Shown here in pieces: positions 11,014-21,053 of a stretch of 64,000 nucleotides of DNA. Position numbers and translations under genes: made by a program. The first letter of the stretch is position 1. Each line of letters begins with the position of its first letter. The notes under the pieces are model-generated. The model was given only the letters and a program-made list of their open reading frames with translations. It searched no databases and was not told the DNA's origin. Source of the DNA: an uncultured Halobacteriales archaeon (GTDB lineage Archaea > Halobacteriota > Halobacteria > Halobacteriales > Hikarchaeaceae); contig CAZKPC010000003.1 of NCBI GenBank assembly GCA_964554565.1, forward strand, positions 1,009-65,008. Direction: 5' to 3'.

Positions 11014-11430
11014 TCAGGGCCAGTCGTCGCGGTCCGGCTCCGACGCCGACGCCTCGGCGTCCTCATCGGCTGCCGCGGCGAGCGTCCATCCGGCCGCGTC
11101 AGCCGCGTCCTCGATAGCCTGGAACTCCCAGCCGTGCTCCTCGGCCAGGGCCGCGTCCGCATCGTCCGTCCCGACGAAGACGTGCCGCTCCGTATCGAAC
11201 TGTTCCTTGACGGCGGCCAGTGACTCGCCGCGGCCCTTCGGGCCGGAAAAGAAGTCCTGCCGGATCCGCCGTTTGCGGGTGAAGTTCGTCACGACGTATG
11301 TTGGCTCGTCGGAGATGACGCCGACGTACTCGCTCCAGCGGCGGGCGTCGGAGAACACCTCGCTCGGCTCGGCGACGGCTTGCAGGGCCGCCAGCTCGAA
11401 GGCGAGGGTCATGGAGCCGCTGTCGCTCAT
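11014..11430 (-). CDS. Conserved haloarchaeal protein (DUF7124-like)
   Basis: MTLAFEL...DARRWSEYVGVISD...QDFFSGP. Confidence 0.7.
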   Translation of the reverse strand: MSDSGSMTLAFELAALQAVAEPSEVFSDARRWSEYVGVISDEPTYVVTNFTRKRRIRQDFFSGPKGRGESLAAVKEQFDTERHVFVGTDDADAALAEEHGWEFQAIEDAADAAGWTLAAAADEDAEASASEPDRDDWP

Positions 11431-11511
11431 GCGGAGTCCTCTCCACCCCCGCCGCAAAACCGCTTCGAATGGTTCCTGGCCTGGAGGACGAGTGTCGCCC
11501 GAAAGAGCGCG

Positions 11512-12753
11512 TTACTGCTCGGCTTCGGGGGCCAAGGCGTCGAGGTCGACCGTTTCCGCGAGCAAGGCTTCCTGCTGGTCGACGACGTGTCGCTCCTCCC
11601 GGATCAGGGTCTTGTAGGCACTCTGGGGCGCCAGATCGCCGATCAGGACGCCGCCGATGAGCTGGCCGTCCTTGAACGTGAGCCGCCGCCAGGTCGTCTC
11701 GTCGAACTGCCGTTCGCATTCGGCGTCACCCTTCGTCGGATGGCCGAAGGAGAGAAGGGGGAACTCGAAGTGGGTGATGGAGTAGGAGGGCACCCATCGG
11801 AACGTCTCGGTGGCTTCACCCGTTACCATGTTTCGCCCGGCGACCGAGCCCTGTTCCTTGGCGGAGCCCCAGGAGCCGTTCTGGTTCCGTTCGCCGAGGA
11901 TCGGGTCGTGGAACTTGGTGATGTCCCCGGCCGCATAGATGCCGGGTTCGCTGGTCTCCATGTGCTCGTCGACGACGATGCCGTCGTCGGTTTCGACCGC
12001 CGTTCCGTGGAGGAACTCCGTGTTGAAGTTCAGGCCGATCGCGATGCCCACGAAGTCCGCCGGGTGGCGGTCCCCGTTCGTGTCGATGGCCGCGGTCACG
12101 TGGCCGTCGTCGTCGACCTCGAACGACTCGACCCCGGCCTCCGTCACGGGCGTGACCCCCTGTTCCCGCATGCCCTCGTGGACGATCTCCGCGCCCTCCA
12201 GCGACAGCCCGTAACGCCACCACCGGTTCCCCCGCATCAGGTAGTCGGCCTCGACCCCTTGGGTCCCACACACCGCCGCGAAGTCGATGCCGAGGAGCCC
12301 GGCCCCGATGATCACCCCTCGGTCGGCCTCGGCCGCGTGCTCGGCGATGTGCCGGGCGTCCTGGAAGGTCCAGAAGTGATGGATCCCGTCGGCGTCGCTG
12401 TTGGGAACCGGGAGCTGCGCCGGCGTGCCGCCGGTGGCGACCAACAGCTGGTCGTACTCGAAGGTCTCGCCGTCATGAGTATGGACGGTCCGGGCGTCGG
12501 GATCGACGCTCGTGACCAGCGTATCGAGCCGCAGGTCGATGTCACGGTCCTCGTACCACTGCTCGTCGTGGATCTCCAGCGGCGCTTCCGGCAGCTTGCC
12601 CTTCGCGAACTCCTTGGTGAGAATCCGATTGTAGAGAGGTTCCCCTTCGTCGGTGATCACCGTAACGGCGGCGTCGGCGTCTTCCTCACGAATGGTTTCC
12701 GCCGCCGTGCTGCCGGCCACGCCGTCGCCGATGATCACGAACGACTGGGCCAT
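11512..12753 (-). CDS. FAD/NAD(P)-dependent oxidoreductase (ferredoxin-reductase-like)
   Basis: IIGDGVAG, ATGG, IIGAGLLG, TSEPGIYAAGD. Confidence 0.9.
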   Translation of the reverse strand: MAQSFVIIGDGVAGSTAAETIREEDADAAVTVITDEGEPLYNRILTKEFAKGKLPEAPLEIHDEQWYEDRDIDLRLDTLVTSVDPDARTVHTHDGETFEYDQLLVATGGTPAQLPVPNSDADGIHHFWTFQDARHIAEHAAEADRGVIIGAGLLGIDFAAVCGTQGVEADYLMRGNRWWRYGLSLEGAEIVHEGMREQGVTPVTEAGVESFEVDDDGHVTAAIDTNGDRHPADFVGIAIGLNFNTEFLHGTAVETDDGIVVDEHMETSEPGIYAAGDITKFHDPILGERNQNGSWGSAKEQGSVAGRNMVTGEATETFRWVPSYSITHFEFPLLSFGHPTKGDAECERQFDETTWRRLTFKDGQLIGGVLIGDLAPQSAYKTLIREERHVVDQQEALLAETVDLDALAPEAEQ

Positions 12754-12817
12754 TAACGGCAAGATTTGAGACGCGGGGTAAAGTGGATTGCCATTCGGGT
12801 GTTCCCGGCGCCGGCCG

Positions 12818-14134
12818 TCACTCGAGCAGGACATCCGCCGCCGCGAAGCCCGCCTCGATGCCGCCGTTCAGGCTCCGCTCGGGGTACTGAGCGCGGCTGG
12901 CCATCCCCGCGTAGGCCAGGCCGTCAGCCACCGCCTCGCCGAGGTCGTATGGTACGACCTGCTCAAGGTAGCCCCGCTCGTAAATCGGCGCCGTGCGCGG
13001 GTTCCGCGCGACCTCCACCCAGTTCACGTCCATGGGATCGAACGAGGGGAAGAGGTCGGCCACGCCATCGAGCCAGTACTCGGTCAGGGCCCCGTCGTCG
13101 AGCTGCCAGACCAGCTCCTCGGAGTCCTGGACGTACGACGCCAGGTAGACGAGGTGCTCCCCGCCGTAGCGGTCCGACGGCACGAAGTTGGTGTGTTCGA
13201 GCAGGACTCCGAACCGGGCCTCGTCGGCGATGTTGAGCCAGTACGTGTTCGTCAGCGGCTCCGGCAGGCTGAGGACCGCACAGACCGTCCCCTGGAAGTC
13301 GATCCCGCAGCGGTAGCCGGTCAGTTCCTCGAGGACGGACGGCATCGTGGCGATCACGACCCCGTCCACGTCGTGCGTCTCGGTCCCCGTCTCGCCCTCC
13401 ACGGTGAGGGTATCCACCACACCGTTCGCCACGCCGATGCCGGTAACCCGGGTTCCGGTTTCGATCCGCTCGCGCCCGACGGAGTCGATCAGGCCCTCGA
13501 TCAACCGGTGGAAGCCCCCGTCGAGGTAGCCCAGGATCTCCCCCCGGAGCAGGTCACGCTCGCCGCGGAACTGCACGCGTCCGAGGAGCCACGCCGCGGA
13601 GACGTCCTCGGCTCGGGTCCCGAACTTGGCCTCGAGGAGCGGCGCGAAGAAGTGCTCGTACACGCCGCGGGTCGTGTGTGTCTCGATGAACTCCCGGACC
13701 GGCACGTCCTCCCACTCCCGGAGGTCCTCGTAGCTATCGAACCGCGGGCGTCCGCCGCGGACATCGATGCCCAAGGTCAGCATCGTGAGCCGGAACTTGT
13801 CGTAGAGCGACAGGGGCGGGAACGCCGCGATCTCCCAGGGCGTGTCCAACGGATGCACCACGCCGTCGACGTAATAGCCGTTCTTCCCGACGCGCCACTC
13901 GACGGCCTCGCCGAGGCCGAGCTCCTCGGCCAGCGCCACGATCGTCTCCTCGGACTTCGAGAGGTGGTGGTAGAACTGCTCGATGTGATCGCCGGCGGTC
14001 TCGTAGGTCGCGGCGAGGCCACCGATGTCATCGCTAGCCTCGAACACCCGGACCTCCCGGCCCTGCTTCCGGAGCCGGTGGGCGGCTGACAGCCCGGCGA
14101 TGCCGCCGCCGACGATCCCGATCATCGTGCCCAT
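12818..14134 (-). CDS. FAD-dependent oxidoreductase (amine oxidase/HemY-like family)
   Basis: IVGGGIAGL...FEASDDIGGLA dinucleotide fold; start may be 14125. Confidence 0.85.
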   Translation of the reverse strand: MGTMIGIVGGGIAGLSAAHRLRKQGREVRVFEASDDIGGLAATYETAGDHIEQFYHHLSKSEETIVALAEELGLGEAVEWRVGKNGYYVDGVVHPLDTPWEIAAFPPLSLYDKFRLTMLTLGIDVRGGRPRFDSYEDLREWEDVPVREFIETHTTRGVYEHFFAPLLEAKFGTRAEDVSAAWLLGRVQFRGERDLLRGEILGYLDGGFHRLIEGLIDSVGRERIETGTRVTGIGVANGVVDTLTVEGETGTETHDVDGVVIATMPSVLEELTGYRCGIDFQGTVCAVLSLPEPLTNTYWLNIADEARFGVLLEHTNFVPSDRYGGEHLVYLASYVQDSEELVWQLDDGALTEYWLDGVADLFPSFDPMDVNWVEVARNPRTAPIYERGYLEQVVPYDLGEAVADGLAYAGMASRAQYPERSLNGGIEAGFAAADVLLE

Positions 14135-14230
14135 CGAGCCGGGCGCGCGATTTGTCAGTTGTGCCTCCAGCGCCGGGTGGCCATACCCGGCGGTCGCTAC
14201 CTATTTGTGCCACCTCCGGCATCCGGCGGT

Positions 14231-15112
14231 ATGGTCGTCGTCCGGGCGCCGGCTACGAGCGCCAACCTCGGGAGCGGCTTCGACGTCTTCGGCGTCGCGC
14301 TCGAGCGCCCGGCCGACGTGATCCGGGTCGAGCGGGCCGATCGAACGACCATCGAGGTGACCGGGCTCGGCGCGCAGTTCATCCCTACGGATCCAGCGGA
14401 GAACACGGCCGGCGTCGTGGCCGAGGCCCTGGACGCGCCGGCTCGGATTCAGATCGACAAGGGAGTCCGGCCGTCGTCGGGACTCGGGTCCTCGGCGGCG
14501 AGTGCGGCCGGCGCGGCCGTGGCGTTGGACGCGCTGTACGACGGCGGCCGGTCGCCCGAGACGCTAGTCCGCGCTGCCGCGGAGGGCGAAGCCGCGGTTT
14601 CCGGGGAGGCCCATGCGGACAACGTCGCGCCGGCCATCATGGGCGGGTTCACCATCGCTACCGGCGACGGAGTGACGAAGGTCGATGCCGAGCTCCCGGT
14701 CGTAGCTTGCCTGCCCGAGACGGTGGTTTCGACCCGGAAAGCTCGGGGCGTGCTCCCGGAGGCCGTTTCCATCGATGACCTGGTTGAGACCATCGGGGCC
14801 GCCGCGACGCTGGTGGCCGGCATGGCCCGAAACGATCCGGAGCTCGTGGGCGAGGGGATGCACGACCCCGTGGTGACGCCCGCCCGGGCCTCGCTCATCG
14901 AGGGCTACGAGGCCGTGCGGGAGGCCGCGATCGCGGCCGGGGCCGCCGGGGTCGCCGTCAGCGGCGCCGGGCCCACGATGCTCGCAGTCCCGACGGCCGG
15001 CCGCTCCCGGGCCGTTGGGGCCGCCATGGTTGAGGCCTTCGACGACGTGGGGGTCGAGGCGACGGCGTATCAAACCCGGATCGGTGACGGCGCGGTCATC
15101 TACGGGGACTGA
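14231..15112 (+). CDS. thrB: Homoserine kinase
   Basis: PATSANLGSGFD, GHMP motif PSSGLGSSAAS, HADNVAP, SGAGPT. Confidence 0.95.
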   Translation: MVVVRAPATSANLGSGFDVFGVALERPADVIRVERADRTTIEVTGLGAQFIPTDPAENTAGVVAEALDAPARIQIDKGVRPSSGLGSSAASAAGAAVALDALYDGGRSPETLVRAAAEGEAAVSGEAHADNVAPAIMGGFTIATGDGVTKVDAELPVVACLPETVVSTRKARGVLPEAVSIDDLVETIGAAATLVAGMARNDPELVGEGMHDPVVTPARASLIEGYEAVREAAIAAGAAGVAVSGAGPTMLAVPTAGRSRAVGAAMVEAFDDVGVEATAYQTRIGDGAVIYGD

Positions 15113-15182
15113 GTGTCCGTCGAGGTTCGGGTCGGGCGGCGTCGGGCCAAGCGAAACGCCTAATCCTCGGGTTTCCGTTGGA

Positions 15183-15713
15183 ATGAGCATGCCAAGCGTC
15201 GAGGATCTCCGGGATTTCGAGCTCGATTCTCTGCAGGAGCCGAGCGTGATCGCGATGAGCTCGGTCTTCGCGGCCGCGACCTGGGTCGGTACGATCTTCG
15301 TCACCATCCCGGTCGGGCCGGGCTTCTTCAACGTGGGCGAGATCGTCATCTATACGGCAGCCTTCCTCTTCGGCGGCATCGTCGGCGGCCTCGCGGGCGG
15401 CGTCGGCGCGGCCGCTGCAGACGTCTTCCTCGGCTTCGGGATGTGGGCCCCGATCACGTTCGTCGTGAAGGGACTGGAGGGCTTCGTCGTCGGCCAGCTC
15501 TCCGGCCCGAGTGCGACGAGCAAGGCCATCGCCGTGGCGCTGGGCGCCCCCTTCATGATCGTCGGCTACTTCATCGCCGCCTGGTTTCTCGTGGGTGGGC
15601 CATACGCCATCGGGAGCGAACTGCCGATGGACATCATCCAGGCCGGGGTCGGGTTCGCGGTGGCCTATCCGCTGTCGGCGGCCCTGGAGGACCGGTTACC
15701 CCGGCTTCGATGA
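15183..15713 (+). CDS. ECF transporter S (substrate-specific) component
   Basis: About 5-6 TM helices, IPVGPGFFNVGE, D..LG..WAP.T..VKG; operon with ecfAA'T. Confidence 0.85.
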   Translation: MSMPSVEDLRDFELDSLQEPSVIAMSSVFAAATWVGTIFVTIPVGPGFFNVGEIVIYTAAFLFGGIVGGLAGGVGAAAADVFLGFGMWAPITFVVKGLEGFVVGQLSGPSATSKAIAVALGAPFMIVGYFIAAWFLVGGPYAIGSELPMDIIQAGVGFAVAYPLSAALEDRLPRLR

Positions 15714-16480
15714 CGGTCCTGGCGGCCGAGGGACTTCACGTCACCGTCGACGACGACCCCCTCCTTGCTGACGTCACGCTCTCGGTCGCCACCGGCGAGT
15801 CGGTACTGGTTTGTGGCGGACCCGGCAGCGGGAAGACGCTCCTCCTGAAAGCGTTGGCTGGCCTCCTCACGAATCGCGAGGACCTGGCGCTCGACGGCAC
15901 CGTCACCCGGGACGGCGAGATCGGCTACGTCTTCCAGTACCCCGCGACGCAGCTCGTCCGCCGGACCGTCCGTCTGGACGTCGGCTTCGGCCTGGAGAAC
16001 CGTGGCGTGCCTCCCGACGAGATCGCCGACCGGGTTGAGGCTATCGCCGACCGGTTCGACGCGACCCACCTGTTGGACCGCCGGGTCGACGGCCTCTCGG
16101 CGGGCGAGACCGCGACCGTCGCCCTGTTGGGTGTCCTCGTCACGGACCCCGACGTCGTGCTCCTCGACGAGCCGTTCTCGACCCTCGACGATGCCGGCAC
16201 GCGCCAGGTCCTCCGGGCCATCGACGAACTGCGGGCGTCGGGGGTCGCGGTGGTCATCGCCGAGCACGACGCGCGCGATCTGCTGACGCGGGCTGACCGT
16301 GTCGTCCGGCTAGCGTCCGGGCGGGTCGCCAATGTCGGGCCGCCCCGGGCGGTCGTCGGCTCCCTCCACGAATCGGGGGTCAAGCTCCCGGTCAGAACCC
16401 AAGTCGCCATCGAACGCGACGCCGCCGGCGAGCGGCCCGTCCCGATCGCCGCCGATGGAGAGGGGGTACGATCACCGTGA
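15710..16480 (+). CDS. ecfA: ECF transporter ATPase A
   Basis: Walker A GGPGSGKT, FQYP, LSAGE, LLDEP; ATGA overlap with upstream gene. Confidence 0.85.
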   Translation: MTVLAAEGLHVTVDDDPLLADVTLSVATGESVLVCGGPGSGKTLLLKALAGLLTNREDLALDGTVTRDGEIGYVFQYPATQLVRRTVRLDVGFGLENRGVPPDEIADRVEAIADRFDATHLLDRRVDGLSAGETATVALLGVLVTDPDVVLLDEPFSTLDDAGTRQVLRAIDELRASGVAVVIAEHDARDLLTRADRVVRLASGRVANVGPPRAVVGSLHESGVKLPVRTQVAIERDAAGERPVPIAADGEGVRSP

Positions 16481-17217
16481 TCCTCGTCGATGACCTGACG
16501 GCGGTCCGGGGTGGTGCCCCGGTGCTGTCCCAGGTGTCGTTCGCCGTCGATCCCGGCGAAACCGTCGCCGTGATGGGGCCCAATGGTGCCGGCAAAACGA
16601 CACTCTTGAAGCACGTCGCCGGGCTCCGAGAGCCGGCGGCTGGGTCGGTAACAGTCGACGGCCCGGTCGGGTTCGCTCCCGAGGACCCTCGGGACGGGCT
16701 GTTCGCGGACACGGTCGCCGAGGAGGTGGCCTTCTTCCCCCGGAACCGGGGCCTCGATGTCGACCGACAACGTGACGCCGCCCTGGCGGCGATGAACGTC
16801 GCGGCCCTCCGCGACCGCGATCCCTATTCCCTGTCGGTCGGTGAGCAGCGCCGGGTCTCCATCGCGGCGGTCCTCGCCGGTGATCCCGCCGCCCTCGTCC
16901 TCGATGAGCCCACCCGGGGGCTGGATGCCGCCGGCGAGCGACAACTGGCCGATCGGCTCGATGCCCTCGACACCACTGTCCTGTTCAGCACCCATGCGGC
17001 GGACTTCGCGTACGCCGTCGCCGACCGCGTGGCCGTACTCGTCGACGGTTCGCTTCGCGAGACGGGGGCCGCCGACGCCGTCCTGACTGACATCGACCGC
17101 CTGGAGGCAGCGGGCATCCGGCCGCCGGGGCTGGTCCTTTGGGCCCGGGAAGCGGGTATCGATCCACCGCCGCGGACACTCGAGGGCGCCCTGCGGGCGC
17201 TGGAGGCCACACCGTGA
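16477..17217 (+). CDS. ecfA': ECF transporter ATPase A'
   Basis: GPNGAGKT, LSVGE, VLDEP; GTGA overlap. Confidence 0.85.
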   Translation: MILVDDLTAVRGGAPVLSQVSFAVDPGETVAVMGPNGAGKTTLLKHVAGLREPAAGSVTVDGPVGFAPEDPRDGLFADTVAEEVAFFPRNRGLDVDRQRDAALAAMNVAALRDRDPYSLSVGEQRRVSIAAVLAGDPAALVLDEPTRGLDAAGERQLADRLDALDTTVLFSTHAADFAYAVADRVAVLVDGSLRETGAADAVLTDIDRLEAAGIRPPGLVLWAREAGIDPPPRTLEGALRALEATP

Positions 17218-17963
17218 GGTTCGACCACCGGACGCTCGATCCGAGAGCCAAGCTCGCCTTTACCGTCGCCGTGAGCGCCCTCGCGGTCGCCCTGTCCCGC
17301 ATCGACGCCCTCGTCGCACTCGGCGCCCTGACAACGCTCGTGGTGGTCGCTGGGCGGGGCCTGACGGTTCGGACCTGGATCGGCCTACTGGCCCCGTTCC
17401 GGTGGCTCGTCCCCCTCATCCTCGTACTGAACGCGTTTTTCTATGGCGGCGGGGCTCTACTCTGGAGCCTCGACAGCGTCGGCGTCCCCCTCAGGCTCAC
17501 GACGGGCGGGATCGAAGCCTCGCTGGTCATCGCCGGACGCCTGCTCGTCCTCGCCGCCGTCGCCGCCTGGTTCGCGACCACGACCGGCGCCGAGGCCTTC
17601 GAAGCGGCGCTGACCCGTGTGGGGGTGCCTTGGACGCTGGCCTTTGTCATCTCGCTGACCCTCCGACTCGCCCCCGAGCTTCGGGCCCGCTACCACACGA
17701 TCGAGGAGGCCCAACGCTCGCGCGGACTGGAGTACGACGGCGGTCCCCTGGCTCGGGCGCGGGCCCGCATCCCGGTGTTCATGCCCTTCTTCGTCGCCGT
17801 CATCCGCTACGGGTACGAGCTCGGCGAGGCCCTCGAGATCCGCGACTTCGGCCGGGCCGGGCGGCGGACGTCGCAAGTCACCCTCTCCTTCGGGCGGACC
17901 GACGCCCTGTTCGTGGGCGTCGTGGTCGTCGTCATCGGCGGGTTCGCGATCGCCTTCGGTTGA
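17214..17963 (+). CDS. ecfT: ECF transporter T component
   Basis: LDPRAK, EAQRSRG and ALEIRD coupling helices. Confidence 0.85.
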   Translation: MRFDHRTLDPRAKLAFTVAVSALAVALSRIDALVALGALTTLVVVAGRGLTVRTWIGLLAPFRWLVPLILVLNAFFYGGGALLWSLDSVGVPLRLTTGGIEASLVIAGRLLVLAAVAAWFATTTGAEAFEAALTRVGVPWTLAFVISLTLRLAPELRARYHTIEEAQRSRGLEYDGGPLARARARIPVFMPFFVAVIRYGYELGEALEIRDFGRAGRRTSQVTLSFGRTDALFVGVVVVVIGGFAIAFG

Positions 17964-18014
17964 GCCGCGGCCTGACCGTCACCCCTATGCTGGTCTCGCC
18001 GCATTGATCGGCTG

Positions 18015-18728
18015 ATGGCCGCGCTCCCGGCCCGCGACCCGCTGCCACGCTACCTGGCCCCGCTGCCGGAATGGCTGGAGGACCTCGGGCTCCGGCTGGC
18101 CGTCCCGATCGCACTGATCAACGTCGTCGGGACCGCGTTCGGGTTCTGGTTCTACGGAGTGCGGCCCTTCTCGACCCCCCTCATCCAGGGCCAGCTCGCG
18201 TTCGAACCGCTCGCGATGTGGCCGCTCGTGCCCGACAGCCCGACCGCCACCCTCTTCATCGGGCTCAGTCTGATGTTGTGGTGGCTGGGCCGATCCAACG
18301 AGTGGGTCAACGCCCTCGCCTTTTTCGGCTGTATCAAGCTCGGGTTGTGGACCCCGTTCGTTCTGCTCGCGTTCGCCGACGGCTTCGCCTACCTCCACGT
18401 CGCCATGTTCCACTTCCTCTTCTGGAGCCATCTGGCGATGGTCCTGGAGGCGTTCCTGATCCACCGCTTTTCCGACTTTCCGACGACGGCGGTCGCGGTG
18501 GCCGTGGGCTGGTACGGCCTGAACGATTTGGTGGACTACTTCGTGCCGGTGATCGGCGGACCCCACCACACCTGGATCCCGCCCCAGTTCGTGGACGGGA
18601 CGGTCACGCATCCGCCGGAGCCGCACGCCCTCGCCGCCGCTGCAGCCGTCTTGTTGACCGTGGCTGCGACCGCGGCAGCCCTCGCCACCCACTCGTGGAA
18701 GCTCCGGAGCCGAGGGTCGGGCCCATGA
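18015..18728 (+). CDS. DUF1405 membrane protein
   Basis: N..GT.FG..FY, VPDSP.AT, KLGLW, SHLAM, NDLVDY. Confidence 0.8.
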   Translation: MAALPARDPLPRYLAPLPEWLEDLGLRLAVPIALINVVGTAFGFWFYGVRPFSTPLIQGQLAFEPLAMWPLVPDSPTATLFIGLSLMLWWLGRSNEWVNALAFFGCIKLGLWTPFVLLAFADGFAYLHVAMFHFLFWSHLAMVLEAFLIHRFSDFPTTAVAVAVGWYGLNDLVDYFVPVIGGPHHTWIPPQFVDGTVTHPPEPHALAAAAAVLLTVAATAAALATHSWKLRSRGSGP

Positions 18729-18794
18729 CTCGATCGTCCGGATGAGTCCAACGGGAGCAGAACGGTTAGGCCAATAGCGGTTCGCGGACGAGTC

Positions 18795-18992
18795 ATGACC
18801 GACGATTCAACGCTCCGCCGGGATCTCGTGGGCAAGGGGCTGTTCGTCGTCGTCGGGGTCTTCTACGGGGTTTTGGGGCCGCCGCTCTTCGACTTGGAGC
18901 CGACCGTCGTCGGGAGCGCCCTGGCCGCCTACGGACTGGTCAGTTTCATCGGGAAACGCGTGATCGCCCGGTGGGGCGTCCTCGAGCGATAA
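18795..18992 (+). CDS. Small 2-TM hypothetical membrane protein
   Basis: 65 aa with two hydrophobic segments, fills an intergenic gap. Confidence 0.55.
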   Translation: MTDDSTLRRDLVGKGLFVVVGVFYGVLGPPLFDLEPTVVGSALAAYGLVSFIGKRVIARWGVLER

Positions 18993-19005
18993 GGCGAGAC
19001 CTGCG

Positions 19006-20319
19006 TTAGACGGGGATCGCGCCGACGAGGATCGCGCCGGCCGGCGCGAGCAGGCCCCCGACGAGCGTCGAGAGGAAGTTGACGCTCTGATTGCCGAGGA
19101 GCCATCCCTCCAGAGTCGCCCCCAGGACGCTGTCGGCGAACATGCCCGCCACGCCGGCCACCAGGACCACGACCGCGCCCGTGGCCGAGACCCCCCCGAG
19201 GACCGCGAGCGCCAGGACGCCGATCAGGGCCCCCCCGGCCAGCCCCGCCAGGATCCCGGCGAGACTGACGCCGCCGTCCGTCCCGGTTTCGACCTCGTCC
19301 ATGGTCGTGATCAGTCGAGGGTTCCCGTAGACGACGCCGATCTCGCTCGACAGGGTGTCGCTCATCGCGGCGGCCAGCGAGCCGGCGAAGACGTAGCCGA
19401 AGAGGTGGGGCTCGATCCCGAGTTCCGTGCTCCCCGCGAAGCCGATCACGGCCGCCACCGCCACCGCGGTGTTGCCGAGGACGTTGCGGATCGTCCGGGC
19501 GCCCCGGTTCGATTCCGCGACCCCGTACTCGACCTTCAGCTCGTACTGATACTTCGCGGCCAGGCCCCCGATCCCGAAGAAGGCGATCAGCAGCGCGAAC
19601 CACCCCAGCCCGCCGAGCGCGATGGTCCCCAGCGAGATGGCGACGCCGGTGAGCATACCGGTCAAACTCGCGAGTTCCAGCCACCACGACAGGTAACCCA
19701 CGCCGACCGCCACCGTCAGCGCGACGAGGAAGCCGATCGGCTGGAGCTGCAACCCGAGCGAGGAGAGGACCCACAGCAATCCCGTGATGCTAACGAGCAC
19801 CACCGGGTCGTCAGGGTCGATGAGGAGTTCCCGCAGCAGCGCGGCCACCAGCGCCCCAATCACGGCGAGAAACGCGACGAGGGCCACCTCGATGTCGGCG
19901 GCGGTGAAAAGATCGACGACGATCAGACCGATGACCGCGACGATCGAACCGCCGGCGGTGAAGGCCGCTACCGACCGGAGCGGCCCATCAGCCACCGCAC
20001 GGAGTGAGGCCACCGTCACGTCCCCATACACCAGCAGCAGGACCGCCGTGACGAAGGCCGTCGTGGACAGCCCGGTCAACGACGCCAGCAGCGCCAGCCC
20101 CGTAACGGCGAGGGAGAAGCTCACGAGGCCGCGGAGCTCGCCGGCCACCTCGTCCGCCGGGGAAGCGAGCAGCTCGAAGAGCGGGCCGTCGGACACGAGG
20201 CGTCCCACTACGGCGATCAGGGCGAACGGTACGGCCGCCAGCGCACCGGCCCACGGGGCCGCCAGGGCCAGAGTGCCAACCACGGCGAACGCCGCGGACC
20301 GTCGGGCCCTGGAACGCAC
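19006..20319 (-). CDS. DUF92 (TMEM19/VTE6-like) membrane protein
   Basis: R...NVLGN, A.SDT.SSEIG, GTDGGVS, DS.LGATLE, N..VNF; start uncertain. Confidence 0.85.
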   Translation of the reverse strand: MRSRARRSAAFAVVGTLALAAPWAGALAAVPFALIAVVGRLVSDGPLFELLASPADEVAGELRGLVSFSLAVTGLALLASLTGLSTTAFVTAVLLLVYGDVTVASLRAVADGPLRSVAAFTAGGSIVAVIGLIVVDLFTAADIEVALVAFLAVIGALVAALLRELLIDPDDPVVLVSITGLLWVLSSLGLQLQPIGFLVALTVAVGVGYLSWWLELASLTGMLTGVAISLGTIALGGLGWFALLIAFFGIGGLAAKYQYELKVEYGVAESNRGARTIRNVLGNTAVAVAAVIGFAGSTELGIEPHLFGYVFAGSLAAAMSDTLSSEIGVVYGNPRLITTMDEVETGTDGGVSLAGILAGLAGGALIGVLALAVLGGVSATGAVVVLVAGVAGMFADSVLGATLEGWLLGNQSVNFLSTLVGGLLAPAGAILVGAIPV

Positions 20320-20402
20320 GTGGCGAGGTACCCCTGAGGGATACTTAACGCTCTCGACCCCATTCGCCATCTTTAGCAGGTCGACCGGTCAATCGCCTGA
20401 TC

Positions 20403-21011
20403 GTGGGCCTCTACGACCGCTACCTGGCCTTCCGGCTCCGGCGCGAGGACGGGTCCCGGCCGGCCCATGTCGCCCTCGTCATCACCGAGCGCGACCTCCT
20501 CGAACAGGGCGCCTACGAGACCCTCCAGCGGTTCTTCGGCTGGGCCTTCCGGCACGACGCCGAACGGGTCTCGGTGTACGTGAGCGTGCTCGACGAGTCC
20601 GTGGTCCCGACCCTCGAGCGGGAACTCGACGCCTTGGAAGCCCCCCGGGAGTTGGCGGTTCGCGGGCCCGAGGACACCGAGCGGGCGGACGCCCCGATTC
20701 GGGTCAGTATCGGCCTGGGCGGCCGCCACGAGTTCGCGGAGGCCGTCCGGACGCTCGCAGCGGAGGTCGACGCCGGCGAACTCGATCCCGAATCGATCGA
20801 CGAGGGAGACATCGAGGAGCACCTCGTGTTCCCGGTCGAACCAGACCTCGTGATCAAGACGGGCGCCGAGCGGCTCTCCGACTTCATGATCTGGCAGAGC
20901 GTCTACGCCGAGCTCTATTTCACCGACGTCAACTGGCGGGACTTCCGGCGGCGGGACTACCTCCGCGCCCTGTTGGATTACGCCGACCGCCAGCGCCGCT
21001 TCGGCCGGTAG
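20403..21011 (+). CDS. cis-prenyltransferase-like (Nus1/NgBR-type, non-catalytic) subunit
   Basis: [26 protein letters not shown]-terminal RRFGR, lacks DGNRR. Confidence 0.8.
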   Translation: MGLYDRYLAFRLRREDGSRPAHVALVITERDLLEQGAYETLQRFFGWAFRHDAERVSVYVSVLDESVVPTLERELDALEAPRELAVRGPEDTERADAPIRVSIGLGGRHEFAEAVRTLAAEVDAGELDPESIDEGDIEEHLVFPVEPDLVIKTGAERLSDFMIWQSVYAELYFTDVNWRDFRRRDYLRALLDYADRQRRFGR

Positions 21012-21053
21012 AGGCCCGGCGGACAGAAGCGTTGCGGGTCCCGCTGAATAGGT

